Below, piece after piece: positions 19,748 through 29,349 of a DNA stretch of 64,000 nt (the stretch's first letter is position 1; each line of letters starts with the position of its first letter). The notes under the pieces are model-generated. The model worked only from the letters and a program-made list of their open reading frames with translations. It was not told the origin of the DNA and did no database searches. This DNA is from Candidatus Kapaibacterium sp. (GTDB lineage Bacteria > Bacteroidota > Ignavibacteria > Kapaibacteriales > UBA2268). Position numbers and translations under genes: made by a program. The DNA lies in assembly GCA_026390695.1 (NCBI GenBank), contig JAPLFL010000048.1, forward strand, positions 339-64,338, in the 5' to 3' direction.

Positions 19748-20059
19748 CTACCAGCGCATTAAATTGACTTCATCCACATAAATCGTTTGTTTATTTCTAA
19801 ATAATGCAATAATAATGGCAAGACCTACTGCAGATTCTGCTGCAGCAACGGACATGATAAAAAATACAAATATCTGACCGGTTGTATCTCCCAAAAATGA
19901 TGAAAACGAAACGAAGGCTAAATTCACCGAATTGAGCATCAGTTCTATTGACATAAATATAATGATAGCACTTCTGCGAGTCATAACTCCTATTGATCCG
20001 ATAATAAAAATAATTGCTGAAAGTCCTAAATAATATCCTAATGGAACGATTGGTAGCAT
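19748..20059 (-). CDS. nuoK: NADH-quinone oxidoreductase subunit K
   Basis: [22 protein letters not shown]. Confidence 0.96.
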   Translation of the reverse strand: MLPIVPLGYYLGLSAIIFIIGSIGVMTRRSAIIIFMSIELMLNSVNLAFVSFSSFLGDTTGQIFVFFIMSVAAAESAVGLAIIIALFRNKQTIYVDEVNLMRW

Positions 20060-20085
20060 AATAACCTCTATTTTGATTTCTAAAT

Positions 20086-20598
20086 TTATTGATTGATTCT
20101 TCTTTTTGCCAGAATAACAGCTCCTATAATAGCAGCAAGAAGTAATAGACCTATAGCCTCGAACGGAACAAGATACGATGTGAAAAATGCTTTGCTGATT
20201 GCTTCAGCCGTCCCGTTTTGTAATGCGTTCGGACTTAAACTGTTTTGAGTAGGTTTATTAGTCAAAAATATTGTTACCAATTCAAGTGCAAATCCGATCG
20301 AAAAAAGAATAGCCATGGCTTTAACAGGAATTACTTTAATCGTATGATGCTCTTCCTTTGATAAATTAAGCAACATGATTACGAAAATTACAAGAACCAT
20401 AATGGCACCTGCATAAACGAGTATTTGCAGAACAGCTATAAATTGTGCCTGCAAAGTTAAATAAATACCAGCAAGCATGAAAAAGTGCAGTACAAGCGAC
20501 ATCGCAGAAACAATCGGATGACGGGTTGAAATAGTAACTAAAGCACTTGCTATTGCTAAAGTCCCTAATATTCCAAAGATAATAAAATCAATAATCAC
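20086..20598 (-). CDS. nuoJ: NADH-quinone oxidoreductase subunit J
   Basis: [23 protein letters not shown]...[12 protein letters not shown]. Confidence 0.95.
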   Translation of the reverse strand: MIIDFIIFGILGTLAIASALVTISTRHPIVSAMSLVLHFFMLAGIYLTLQAQFIAVLQILVYAGAIMVLVIFVIMLLNLSKEEHHTIKVIPVKAMAILFSIGFALELVTIFLTNKPTQNSLSPNALQNGTAEAISKAFFTSYLVPFEAIGLLLLAAIIGAVILAKRRINQ

Positions 20599-20814
20599 AA
20601 TTTTCCTTTTTCAAATATATAATAGCATCAAATCAGGTGATTAACCCAATTATTACGAAATTACGAAATTCAAATGAAAAATCAGGGATTTTTTATAATC
20701 AATTGAAAAAAGTTTTGTTTGTGTTGGATGTTTATAACTTTTTTTCTATAATCCGAACATAAATTGCAAATTGCAATATAAATGCAAATTGTTTTAAAAT
20801 TTAAAGTGTATTAT

Positions 20815-21876
20815 ATGGCAAGCGAAAAAAAACAGGATATACATCCGGATAAAAATCAAGACAAGAATCAAGATAAAAATCTGAATAAGATACCGGAAGA
20901 AAAATGGAAAGCTATGAAGTTAGCTATGGATCAAATTGAAAAGGCCCATGGCAAAGGTTCTATTATGCTTTTAAGCGATTCTAAATTAGTTGATATTGAT
21001 GTTATTCCAACTGGCTGCATGTCTTTGGATGCTGCAATCGGAGTTGGCGGAGTCCCACGTGGAAGAATTATTGAAATTTATGGCCCGGAATCAAGCGGAA
21101 AAACAACAATTTGTCTTCATATTATTGCTGAGGCTCAAAAGCAGAATGGTATTGCCGCTTTCGTTGATACTGAGCATGCATTGGATGTAGCTTACGCAAA
21201 AAGATTGGGTGTAGATCTTAATAATTTATTACTCTCACAGCCCGAGTACGGTGAACAAGCTTTGGAGATAGTAGAAACACTTGTACGCAGCGGTGCTCTT
21301 GATGTGATTATTGTAGATTCGGTTGCCGCACTTACTCCTAAAGTTGAAATTGACGGAGAAATGGGTGATGCACAAATGGGCTCTCAGGCGAGACTTATGT
21401 CGCAGGCAATGAGAAAATTAAATGCAGCAATCGGAAAATCCAATACTACAGTCATGTTTACTAATCAGTTGAGAAGTAAAATCGGCGTTGTTTATGGTAA
21501 TCCAGAAACAACAACCGGTGGAAATGCGCTTAAATTCTATGCATCTGTAAGAATTGATATTCGCCGTAAAGAAGTTATTAAAGAAGGACAAGATATTATA
21601 GGTAACCGTGTCAGAGTAAAAATTGTGAAAAACAAGGTTGCTCCACCGTTTAAAGAGGTCGAGTTCGATATACTTTACAATGAAGGAATCTCGAAAATCG
21701 GTGATATGATAGATATTGGAACTGAATATGGTTTTATAACCAAAAGCGGTTCATGGTATTCTTACAAAACCGAAAGAGTTCAGGGACGTGATGGATTGAA
21801 AAAAATATTTAATGATTCCCCAACTCTCTTCTCAGCATTAGAAGCAGAGATCAGAACAGCTATAACAGGTGGTTAA
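20815..21876 (+). CDS. recA: Recombinase A
   Basis: [35 protein letters not shown]. Start taken at MASEK. Confidence 0.99.
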   Translation: MASEKKQDIHPDKNQDKNQDKNLNKIPEEKWKAMKLAMDQIEKAHGKGSIMLLSDSKLVDIDVIPTGCMSLDAAIGVGGVPRGRIIEIYGPESSGKTTICLHIIAEAQKQNGIAAFVDTEHALDVAYAKRLGVDLNNLLLSQPEYGEQALEIVETLVRSGALDVIIVDSVAALTPKVEIDGEMGDAQMGSQARLMSQAMRKLNAAIGKSNTTVMFTNQLRSKIGVVYGNPETTTGGNALKFYASVRIDIRRKEVIKEGQDIIGNRVRVKIVKNKVAPPFKEVEFDILYNEGISKIGDMIDIGTEYGFITKSGSWYSYKTERVQGRDGLKKIFNDSPTLFSALEAEIRTAITGG

Positions 21877-21914
21877 AAATATATTTAACTTTGTTAACAA
21901 TTGAAGAATTCAAG

Positions 21915-22215
21915 TAGGCAGTCTCGTAAGTTACGTTTCTGTCATTGATGCCAGTGCAGGAATCGCCTAAAGCGTAACTGAAAGGGGATTCACGCTTGCG
22001 AGAGTGCGTGAAAACGAGGAAATTCCACTTGAATGTCATTCCCGCGCATGAGACTGTGTGAAAACACGAAATATTCACGTATCTGTCATTCCCGCGCATG
22101 CGGGAATCCCCTTCCATGGCGCAATTGGGGATTTCTGCATACGCAGGTATGACAAGAAATTGCAGTTTTCACACAAGCTCATGCGCCGAAATGACATTTT
22201 TGGTAAAAATTCTAA
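21915..22215. mobile_element. Nested MITE/REP composite between recA and recX
   Basis: Degenerate copy of the 8514/47319 element, interrupted at about 22000 by a second TIR-bearing element, itself interrupted by a 131-bp element (22050-22180). Confidence 0.75.
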
Positions 22216-22267
22216 TTCTGAGAAATCCACTATTAATTTAGATTACAATTAATAATATTTTTAAATT

Positions 22268-22906
22268 ATGAATGAATATAAAATTATTTCAATTGTAAAA
22301 CAAAAATTTCCTTCAACTGATTTTTCCGTTAGCTTGGACAGCGGCGAATGCTTTGAACTATCATCGGATTTGGTTTTTAAAAATTCACTATCGAATGGAG
22401 TTTCAATAAACGAGGAAACACTGAAGCAAATTAAATTAGAAAATGAATCTATATCAGCCAAACAAACCGCTTACGGGTTCTGTTCATATAAACCGCGCTC
22501 AGAGCATCAACTCAGGCAGAAACTTAATGTAAAAGACTTCAGTGATGAAGCAAAGGAAATTGCAATTGATTATATGAAGCAAATTAAATATATTGATGAT
22601 ATGAAATTTGCTTTGGATTATGCAAAAGCGCTACAGTTGCGCAAGAACATGCCATTAAATAAAATAAAATCCGAACTCTATCAAAAGGGCATTTCAAAAT
22701 TTGACATAGAAGATACGCTCCATCAGTTTGCAGATGAGGATAATGAATTAAATAGTGCTTTGAGAGCTATTCATAAGAAATTAAAAAATAAAAAATTTGA
22801 AACAGACACTGAGTTAAAGTATTTTATTATTCAATTATTGATTAAATCTGGCTTTAGTAGCGATATAGCAAGATCAGCAACTGAAAAATATTTAAATAAT
22901 GAATAA
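22268..22906 (+). CDS. recX: Regulatory protein RecX
   Basis: Downstream of recA; SYKPRSEHQLRQKL, YIDDMKFA, IKSELYQKGI, LIKSGFS. Confidence 0.88.
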   Translation: MNEYKIISIVKQKFPSTDFSVSLDSGECFELSSDLVFKNSLSNGVSINEETLKQIKLENESISAKQTAYGFCSYKPRSEHQLRQKLNVKDFSDEAKEIAIDYMKQIKYIDDMKFALDYAKALQLRKNMPLNKIKSELYQKGISKFDIEDTLHQFADEDNELNSALRAIHKKLKNKKFETDTELKYFIIQLLIKSGFSSDIARSATEKYLNNE

Positions 22907-22940
22907 AAAAAATCCCCTTTCTTTCAGAAAGGGGATTATA
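22905..22940. terminator. Intrinsic terminator between convergent recX and M16 protease genes
   Basis: aatcccctttct-ttc-agaaaggggatt hairpin with an A-tract on its left. Confidence 0.8.
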
Positions 22941-22973
22941 TTAAAATGGAACTAATTCATTTTTGAATAAGCA

Positions 22974-25796
22974 TTATTTCTCTGGTACTAAAATAAATTT
23001 TGCAAAGTTATTCATGTTCAGGAATTGATTAGCAGCATCTTTTATGTCCTGTGGCTTTAATTTATTTACCATATCGTTAAAATTAAGAATTGCATTAGGA
23101 TCTTCACTTATCCAGTAATAATTCTCCAACCATCCCAACCACTGCCGATTTTCTTTGCTATTTACTTCATATTCACGTTTAAAAGTTTCAGTGATTTTCT
23201 TCATATCTTTTTCGTCGGGTAGGCTGGTTTTAATTTTATCAACAACTTTGAGAAGATCGTCGATAAGTTCATTGGCTCTGGTCGGATCGCATCCGAACAT
23301 AATATTAAATGTGAATTTTTGTTTGGGATATTTCTGTAAAGAACCACTGGCTCTAATTCCATAAGTTCCGCTTTTCTCTTCACGAATTTCTTCACGTAAT
23401 TTATCGCTCAAATGTGCCGATAGAGCGCGCATCTTCAGACGGTTATCGGCATTATAATCGCAGTCACCATTTATTACAAGATTTACTGAGCCTTTTTTCT
23501 CAACACCTTTTTTAACGGTTTTTTCAATTTTTCCTTGTGGAGGATTGCTTCCTATATCCTTCCAGTTTTCTTTTCTGCGTTGTGTTGGAAGGGAAGCTAC
23601 ATATTTTTCGATTAATGGTTTAATTTTTTCCAAATTAACATTGCCAACAAAAAAGAAAGTGAAATCACCGACATCAGCGAACCTGTCTTTATAAAAATCA
23701 AAAGCTTTAATTGCATTAAAATCCTTAAGCATTTCCTCAGTCATCGGACGTTTGCGAAAATGATACTGAGTCATTATTGATCTTACTGAATCACGGAAAA
23801 TACCTTCTGGTGTACGTTGATTGGCAAGAATAGATTCCTTTGTTCTCTTAACAAGCGCTTGGTAAGCGTCCTCATCAATTCTTGGTTCTGTTATAATCAA
23901 ATTCAGAAGCTGGAAGAAAGTTTCATCGTCCTTAGGGGAATAGCTGCCCTCTAAGCCTTCGTTTAATTCATCAATGTATGAATTTAAACTAACTTCTTTC
24001 CCTGATAAAAGCTTCTGGAGCGCCGATTCATCAAATTGTGACACACCCGATTCATTAAGTAATTGAGAAGTAAAATTTGCGGAAATAAAATCTGCATCAT
24101 TTGCTATGGAAGTGCCTCCTGGGCTGAAGGCTTTGAATAATATTTCGTCATTTTTAAAATCAGTAGGTTTCAGAATAACTTTAGCTCCATTTGAAAGAAA
24201 CAATTCAGTTACACCGATTTTTTCAAGTTTATTTTCTTTTATTATTTTTCCCGAATTAACAGTTTTTGAAAAAAGAGGCTTCCCGATTTCTGCATCTTTG
24301 TATGGCTCAATCTTGGATTTCTCAATTTCCGAATATTTAGCAATTGCTTCTGCTTCAGTCGGTACAACAATTTCAGGTTTTTCGGGTGCAACCATTGTGA
24401 TGATGGAATTATTGCTGTGGATCAGTGTTTTAATATAAGTGTTAATTTCAGCAAGTGTAATTTCGGGTATAAATTTAGAATAAAGAGCGTATTCGTATTC
24501 CATACCGGGCATGCTTTCATTCTGTAAAAAATTGGAAACATATTCACGAGTGTAGTTTTTAGAATTTGTTTTATCTCGTTCATCATACATCTTTTGGACA
24601 GATCTTAGCATTTCTTTCTTAGCGCGATCAAGTTCTGTGGCTAAAAAACCGTGCTGCATGGCACGAAATCCTTCGGTAATTATTGATTCAAAGCCTTTCA
24701 TCAAACCATTACCGGCAACCATTGCCATCAAATCAAATGAACGAACATCAGAGAAAAATTTACCTTCATTTCCCCCGGCAAAGAGGAATGGTGCGTCTTT
24801 CTTGCGTCTCATATCATCAAATCTTCTATTAATCATTTCGCCTAATAGCTGATTAACTAAATTTTTTCGATATTCTGCATAATTTCCAATCAATTTTCCT
24901 TCGTGATGTTTAAAATGAATCGAAACAGTTGCTCTTGGCATTTCTTTGTCTGTTGCAATTGATACTAAGGTTTTATCATTGTCTGGCAGCGGAAATTCAG
25001 TTCTTGGCTTTTCATTTTCAGGATTTTTCAACTCAGCAAAATGCTCTTGAATCATTTTTTCCATTTCATCAACATTAAAATCTCCAACAGCTACTACAGC
25101 CATTAAGTCGGGACGATACCAATCTTTGTAAAAAGTTGTCAATCTTTCATAATTACAATGATACAAAACAGCAGTATCTCCGATTGGCAGCCTGTCTGCA
25201 TATCGTGAATTATAAAGTAAGACTGGCAGTTGTTTTTTCATAACTCTATCTTGAGCGCCTTTTCCAAGACGCCATTCCTCTACTACTACTCCGCGCTCTT
25301 TATCAATTTCGGCATTATCGAAACTTACATTGTGTCCCCAATCCTCAAGCACCTGAATACCTTTGTTGAGCAGCCCTTCTTTGTCTGTCGGAATTTCGAG
25401 CATATAAACAGTTTCATCAAAACTTGTATATGCATTCAAATCTGCACCAAATTTCACTCCGGTTGATTGTAGGAAATTGATAAGTTCATTCTTGGGAAAG
25501 TTCTTGGTTCCATTAAAGCACATGTGTTCAATAAGATGTGCTAATCCTCTTTGATTGTCATCTTCCATGACAGATCCGGTTTTAACAGCCAAACGTAATT
25601 CAGCGCGTTTTTCGGGTTTCAAATTCTTCCGAATGTAATATTTGAGACCGTTATTTAATTTTCCGATCTTAACATCTTTGTCAATCGGTAGTAAAGCATT
25701 CAGATCAGTAACATTGATTTGTGGCTGCGCTGAAAGATAGGCAATGGAAGTGATTAATACTAAAATAATCACTCGGATACTTTTAAAAGTCTTCAT
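22974..25796 (-). CDS. M16 family zinc protease (PqqL-like), exported
   Basis: HLIEH inverted zinc motif, NAYTSFDETVY, ERGVVVEE, REEKSGTY; signal peptide. Confidence 0.95.
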   Translation of the reverse strand: MKTFKSIRVIILVLITSIAYLSAQPQINVTDLNALLPIDKDVKIGKLNNGLKYYIRKNLKPEKRAELRLAVKTGSVMEDDNQRGLAHLIEHMCFNGTKNFPKNELINFLQSTGVKFGADLNAYTSFDETVYMLEIPTDKEGLLNKGIQVLEDWGHNVSFDNAEIDKERGVVVEEWRLGKGAQDRVMKKQLPVLLYNSRYADRLPIGDTAVLYHCNYERLTTFYKDWYRPDLMAVVAVGDFNVDEMEKMIQEHFAELKNPENEKPRTEFPLPDNDKTLVSIATDKEMPRATVSIHFKHHEGKLIGNYAEYRKNLVNQLLGEMINRRFDDMRRKKDAPFLFAGGNEGKFFSDVRSFDLMAMVAGNGLMKGFESIITEGFRAMQHGFLATELDRAKKEMLRSVQKMYDERDKTNSKNYTREYVSNFLQNESMPGMEYEYALYSKFIPEITLAEINTYIKTLIHSNNSIITMVAPEKPEIVVPTEAEAIAKYSEIEKSKIEPYKDAEIGKPLFSKTVNSGKIIKENKLEKIGVTELFLSNGAKVILKPTDFKNDEILFKAFSPGGTSIANDADFISANFTSQLLNESGVSQFDESALQKLLSGKEVSLNSYIDELNEGLEGSYSPKDDETFFQLLNLIITEPRIDEDAYQALVKRTKESILANQRTPEGIFRDSVRSIMTQYHFRKRPMTEEMLKDFNAIKAFDFYKDRFADVGDFTFFFVGNVNLEKIKPLIEKYVASLPTQRRKENWKDIGSNPPQGKIEKTVKKGVEKKGSVNLVINGDCDYNADNRLKMRALSAHLSDKLREEIREEKSGTYGIRASGSLQKYPKQKFTFNIMFGCDPTRANELIDDLLKVVDKIKTSLPDEKDMKKITETFKREYEVNSKENRQWLGWLENYYWISEDPNAILNFNDMVNKLKPQDIKDAANQFLNMNNFAKFILVPEK

Positions 25797-26010
25797 TATA
25801 AACCTAAATAAAAAATAAAATGAATTAATTTCAATCGATAGATTTTAAACATGATCTATTTACATCATAAATAAATTTCTAATCATGCAATTTAATAAAT
25901 TAGCTATTTCTAATAATCATAATAAATGAACTTTAAACATTATTTGAATATGTTAAAAAATAATCATAAATTTGTTGCTTATATTTTTTGCAAAATAAGG
26001 ATAAAGACTA

Positions 26011-29000
26011 ATGTTTGAGCCTTTACCGGAGCAATTTAACTATCCGGATTTAGAACAGAATATTCTTGAATTTTGGGAACAGAATGAAATTTTCCAAAAA
26101 TCATTGAAATTACGCGATGGAAGCCCGGTTTATTCATTTTATGAAGGACCTCCCACCGTCAACGGAAAACCCGGAATTCATCATGTGATTGCTCGGACTA
26201 TCAAAGATACCGTATGCCGCTTTAAAACCATGACAGGACATTTTGTTCGCCGTCAGGCAGGCTGGGACACTCACGGACTGCCTGTCGAAATTGCAGTTGA
26301 AAAACAATTAGAACTGAAGGACAAGTCTGAAGTAGAAAAATTAGGCGTCGAGAATTTTAATCGTGCTTGTAAAGAATTTGTTTACAAAAATATTGAGATG
26401 GATGAGGGCTGGCGTACTTTAACAACCAGAATGGGATATTGGATTGATCTTGATTCAGCTTATATTACATGTACGAATAACTACATAGAGTCGCTATGGT
26501 GGGCACTTAAAACATATTTTGACAAAGGTCTTATTTATAATGGCTTCAAAGTTGTTCCACAATCACCTACAATTGAAACTCCTCTCAGTTCACATGAATT
26601 GTCGCAAGGCTACAAAGATGTTCGTGATCCTAATTGCTATTTAAAATTAAAAATCATAAATTCATCAATAAAGAATTTAATTGGAAATTATATTTTAGTT
26701 TGGACAACAACTCCATGGACATTGTTTTCTAATGTCGCTCTGGCAGTGGGTGATGAGATTGATTACGTATTAATAAAAAATATAAGAAAAACTAAAGAAA
26801 CCGATTTGGAAGAACTCCTGGTATTAGCTGAATCAAGGCTTTCAGTCATTGATGGAGAATACGAGATAATTAGTAAATTCAAAGGTTCGGAATTGATTGG
26901 TACCGAATATGAGCAAATACTTCAATACTGTATTATAGATAAAAAGAAACATCCTAATGCTTTGACAGTTCTTGCAGGCGATTTCGTCTCAACAGGCGAT
27001 GGTAGCGGAATAGTCCATCTTGCACCGGCTTTTGGTGAAGATGATTATCAGATGTCAAAATTATTTAATCTTCCTTTTCTGCAACCAGTGACACCCAATG
27101 GACACTTTACTGATGAGTTAGGCGAATTTGCCGGTCGGGCTGTTAAAACCTTCAAATATGAGGACAGAACTGAAGAAGGTGCAGATAAAGATATTATTTT
27201 CAAACTCAAAACATTAAATAAAATATATCGTTCAACCAATGACTATACCCACAGCTATCCGCACTGCTGGAGAACCGGAAACCCGATCATTTATTATGCT
27301 CGTGAGTCATGGTTTATAAAATCTCCAGAATACAAGGATGAAATGCTGAAATTGAATGCAACAATAAATTGGCAGCCTGAAGAAATTGGCATTGGTCGCT
27401 TTGGTAATTGGCTTGAAGAAGTTAAAGAATGGTCACTATCAAGAGATAGATTTTGGGGAACTCCGCTTCCTATTTGGGTTAGTGAAGATAAAAAAGATAT
27501 GTTTGCAATCGGCTCAATTCAAGAACTAAGTGAAGGAATTTATCAAAATCCGGACGGAACAAGTATTATATTAAAAGAATCCGACTTAGAGATAGACCTA
27601 CACCGCCCTTTTGTCGATAGAATAATTTTTAAACGCAACGGAAAAACTTATCGACGTGTTCATGAAGTTATCGATGTGTGGTTTGACAGCGGAGCTATGC
27701 CTTTTGCACAATTTCATTATCCATTTGAAAACAAAGAATTATTTGAACAAAGCTTCCCCGCGGATTTTATAGCTGAAGGTATTGATCAAACACGCGGCTG
27801 GTTCTATACATTGCACAATATAGCAACCGTTTTATTTGGGAAACCGGCATTTAAAAATATTGTTGTAAATGATTTGATTCTTGATAAATTAGGTAAAAAA
27901 ATGTCAAAAAAGGATGGAAATACAGTCGATCCTTTTATGATGATGAATAAATATGGTGCAGATGCAATAAGATGGTATTTCTTTGTAAATAATCCGCCAT
28001 GGAAGCCTACTTTATTTAATCCTGAAGATATTGAAAGAACAATACTCTCCGATTTTTTTAGATCTCTGACAAATTCTTTTGCTTTTTTTGCTTTGTATGC
28101 TAATATTGATGGATTCGACGGTACTGAAGCCATGATCGAATTTGCTAAAAAACCTGAAATTGACAAATGGCTTATTTCTCGGGTCAATTCAATAATCCAG
28201 CAATATCGTTTGATGATGGAAGAATATGAATTAACTAAAGCTCACAGAATAATTCAGGAATTTGTGATTTATGAATTATCAAACTGGTATATCAGACGCA
28301 ACAGGCGCAGATTCTGGAAGGGTGATAAGGACGCTGATAAAATTTCTGCCTACCAAACATTGCATTGGGCATTAATAAATATTTTAGCAATAATGGCTCC
28401 TGCAGCACCGTTCCTATCTGAAGACTTATATCAGCGGCTTCGTTTTAAACATTATCCGGAATCCATCCATCTTTTTGATATGCCAAGTGTTAATCATGAA
28501 ACAATTGATCAAAATCTTGAACGAAAAATGGAAATAGCACAGAAAATCGTTTTCTTAGCCCGTTCACTACGTGAGAAATCAAAATTACGTGTCCGACAGC
28601 CGCTATCGAGAATCCTAATTCCTGTAATCAACCCACAGGAACGCAGAGATATTCAATCTGTTGAAGAGATAATCAAAGAAGAGTTGAATATTAAAAAAAT
28701 TGAATATGTTAATGAAGATGAGATAGATATAGTAAATCGTAGAGCTAAAGGCAATTTCAAAGTTCTTGGAAAAAAATATGGCAAATCAACACAAACGATT
28801 GCAAATCTGATAAAAGAACTAACAAATGAGCAGATTAGAAAAATCGAGAAGAATCATTCTTTGATAATTATCAATCAAGATGAGGAATTTGAAATTTCAA
28901 TTGATGACATTGAGGTATTTAGCGAGGATATTGAAGGCTGGCTCGTCGCAACTGATAACAATATCACGGTAGCGCTCGATACTCAATTGACTCCTGATCT

Positions 29001-29253
29001 GGTTAATGAAGGAATGTCACGTGAATTTGTAAATCGTGTACAAAATCTGAGAAAGACACTTGGCTTTGATGTTGTCGATCATGTAAAAATCGAATTGTCT
29101 TCAACAAATGAAATAATTGCTGCAATTTTATCAATGGAATCATATATCAAAAATGAAACACTTGCCGATGAAATAATAATAAATGATCAACTCAAACTCA
29201 ATGAATCTGAGATAAATGGCTTTCCTTTATTTTTTTCAGTCGAAAAAAAGTAA
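26011..29253 (+). CDS. ileS: Isoleucine--tRNA ligase (IleRS2 type)
   Basis: YEGPPT, GWDTHGLP, WTTTPWTL, EGIDQTRGWF, KMSK, VRQPL; C-terminus lacks the IleRS1 zinc finger. Confidence 0.98.
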   Translation: MFEPLPEQFNYPDLEQNILEFWEQNEIFQKSLKLRDGSPVYSFYEGPPTVNGKPGIHHVIARTIKDTVCRFKTMTGHFVRRQAGWDTHGLPVEIAVEKQLELKDKSEVEKLGVENFNRACKEFVYKNIEMDEGWRTLTTRMGYWIDLDSAYITCTNNYIESLWWALKTYFDKGLIYNGFKVVPQSPTIETPLSSHELSQGYKDVRDPNCYLKLKIINSSIKNLIGNYILVWTTTPWTLFSNVALAVGDEIDYVLIKNIRKTKETDLEELLVLAESRLSVIDGEYEIISKFKGSELIGTEYEQILQYCIIDKKKHPNALTVLAGDFVSTGDGSGIVHLAPAFGEDDYQMSKLFNLPFLQPVTPNGHFTDELGEFAGRAVKTFKYEDRTEEGADKDIIFKLKTLNKIYRSTNDYTHSYPHCWRTGNPIIYYARESWFIKSPEYKDEMLKLNATINWQPEEIGIGRFGNWLEEVKEWSLSRDRFWGTPLPIWVSEDKKDMFAIGSIQELSEGIYQNPDGTSIILKESDLEIDLHRPFVDRIIFKRNGKTYRRVHEVIDVWFDSGAMPFAQFHYPFENKELFEQSFPADFIAEGIDQTRGWFYTLHNIATVLFGKPAFKNIVVNDLILDKLGKKMSKKDGNTVDPFMMMNKYGADAIRWYFFVNNPPWKPTLFNPEDIERTILSDFFRSLTNSFAFFALYANIDGFDGTEAMIEFAKKPEIDKWLISRVNSIIQQYRLMMEEYELTKAHRIIQEFVIYELSNWYIRRNRRRFWKGDKDADKISAYQTLHWALINILAIMAPAAPFLSEDLYQRLRFKHYPESIHLFDMPSVNHETIDQNLERKMEIAQKIVFLARSLREKSKLRVRQPLSRILIPVINPQERRDIQSVEEIIKEELNIKKIEYVNEDEIDIVNRRAKGNFKVLGKKYGKSTQTIANLIKELTNEQIRKIEKNHSLIIINQDEEFEISIDDIEVFSEDIEGWLVATDNNITVALDTQLTPDLVNEGMSREFVNRVQNLRKTLGFDVVDHVKIELSSTNEIIAAILSMESYIKNETLADEIIINDQLKLNESEINGFPLFFSVEKK

Positions 29254-29349
29254 TTGTATTTTGTTTTGTGCTTAATAGTATTAAATTTGTGGTTCAATAA
29301 TAAAAATTAAAAAAAATGATTTTAAAAATATTCAAAATTTAAATGGAGA

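Noticed and set aside
20745..20800. SOS (LexA) box upstream of recA
   Set aside because: Only a CGAAC half-site and an AT-rich imperfect ttgcaa palindrome; no complete recognised box.
21860..22252. ORFs of 85 and 64 aa between recA and recX
   Set aside because: Translations of the nested palindromic repeats.
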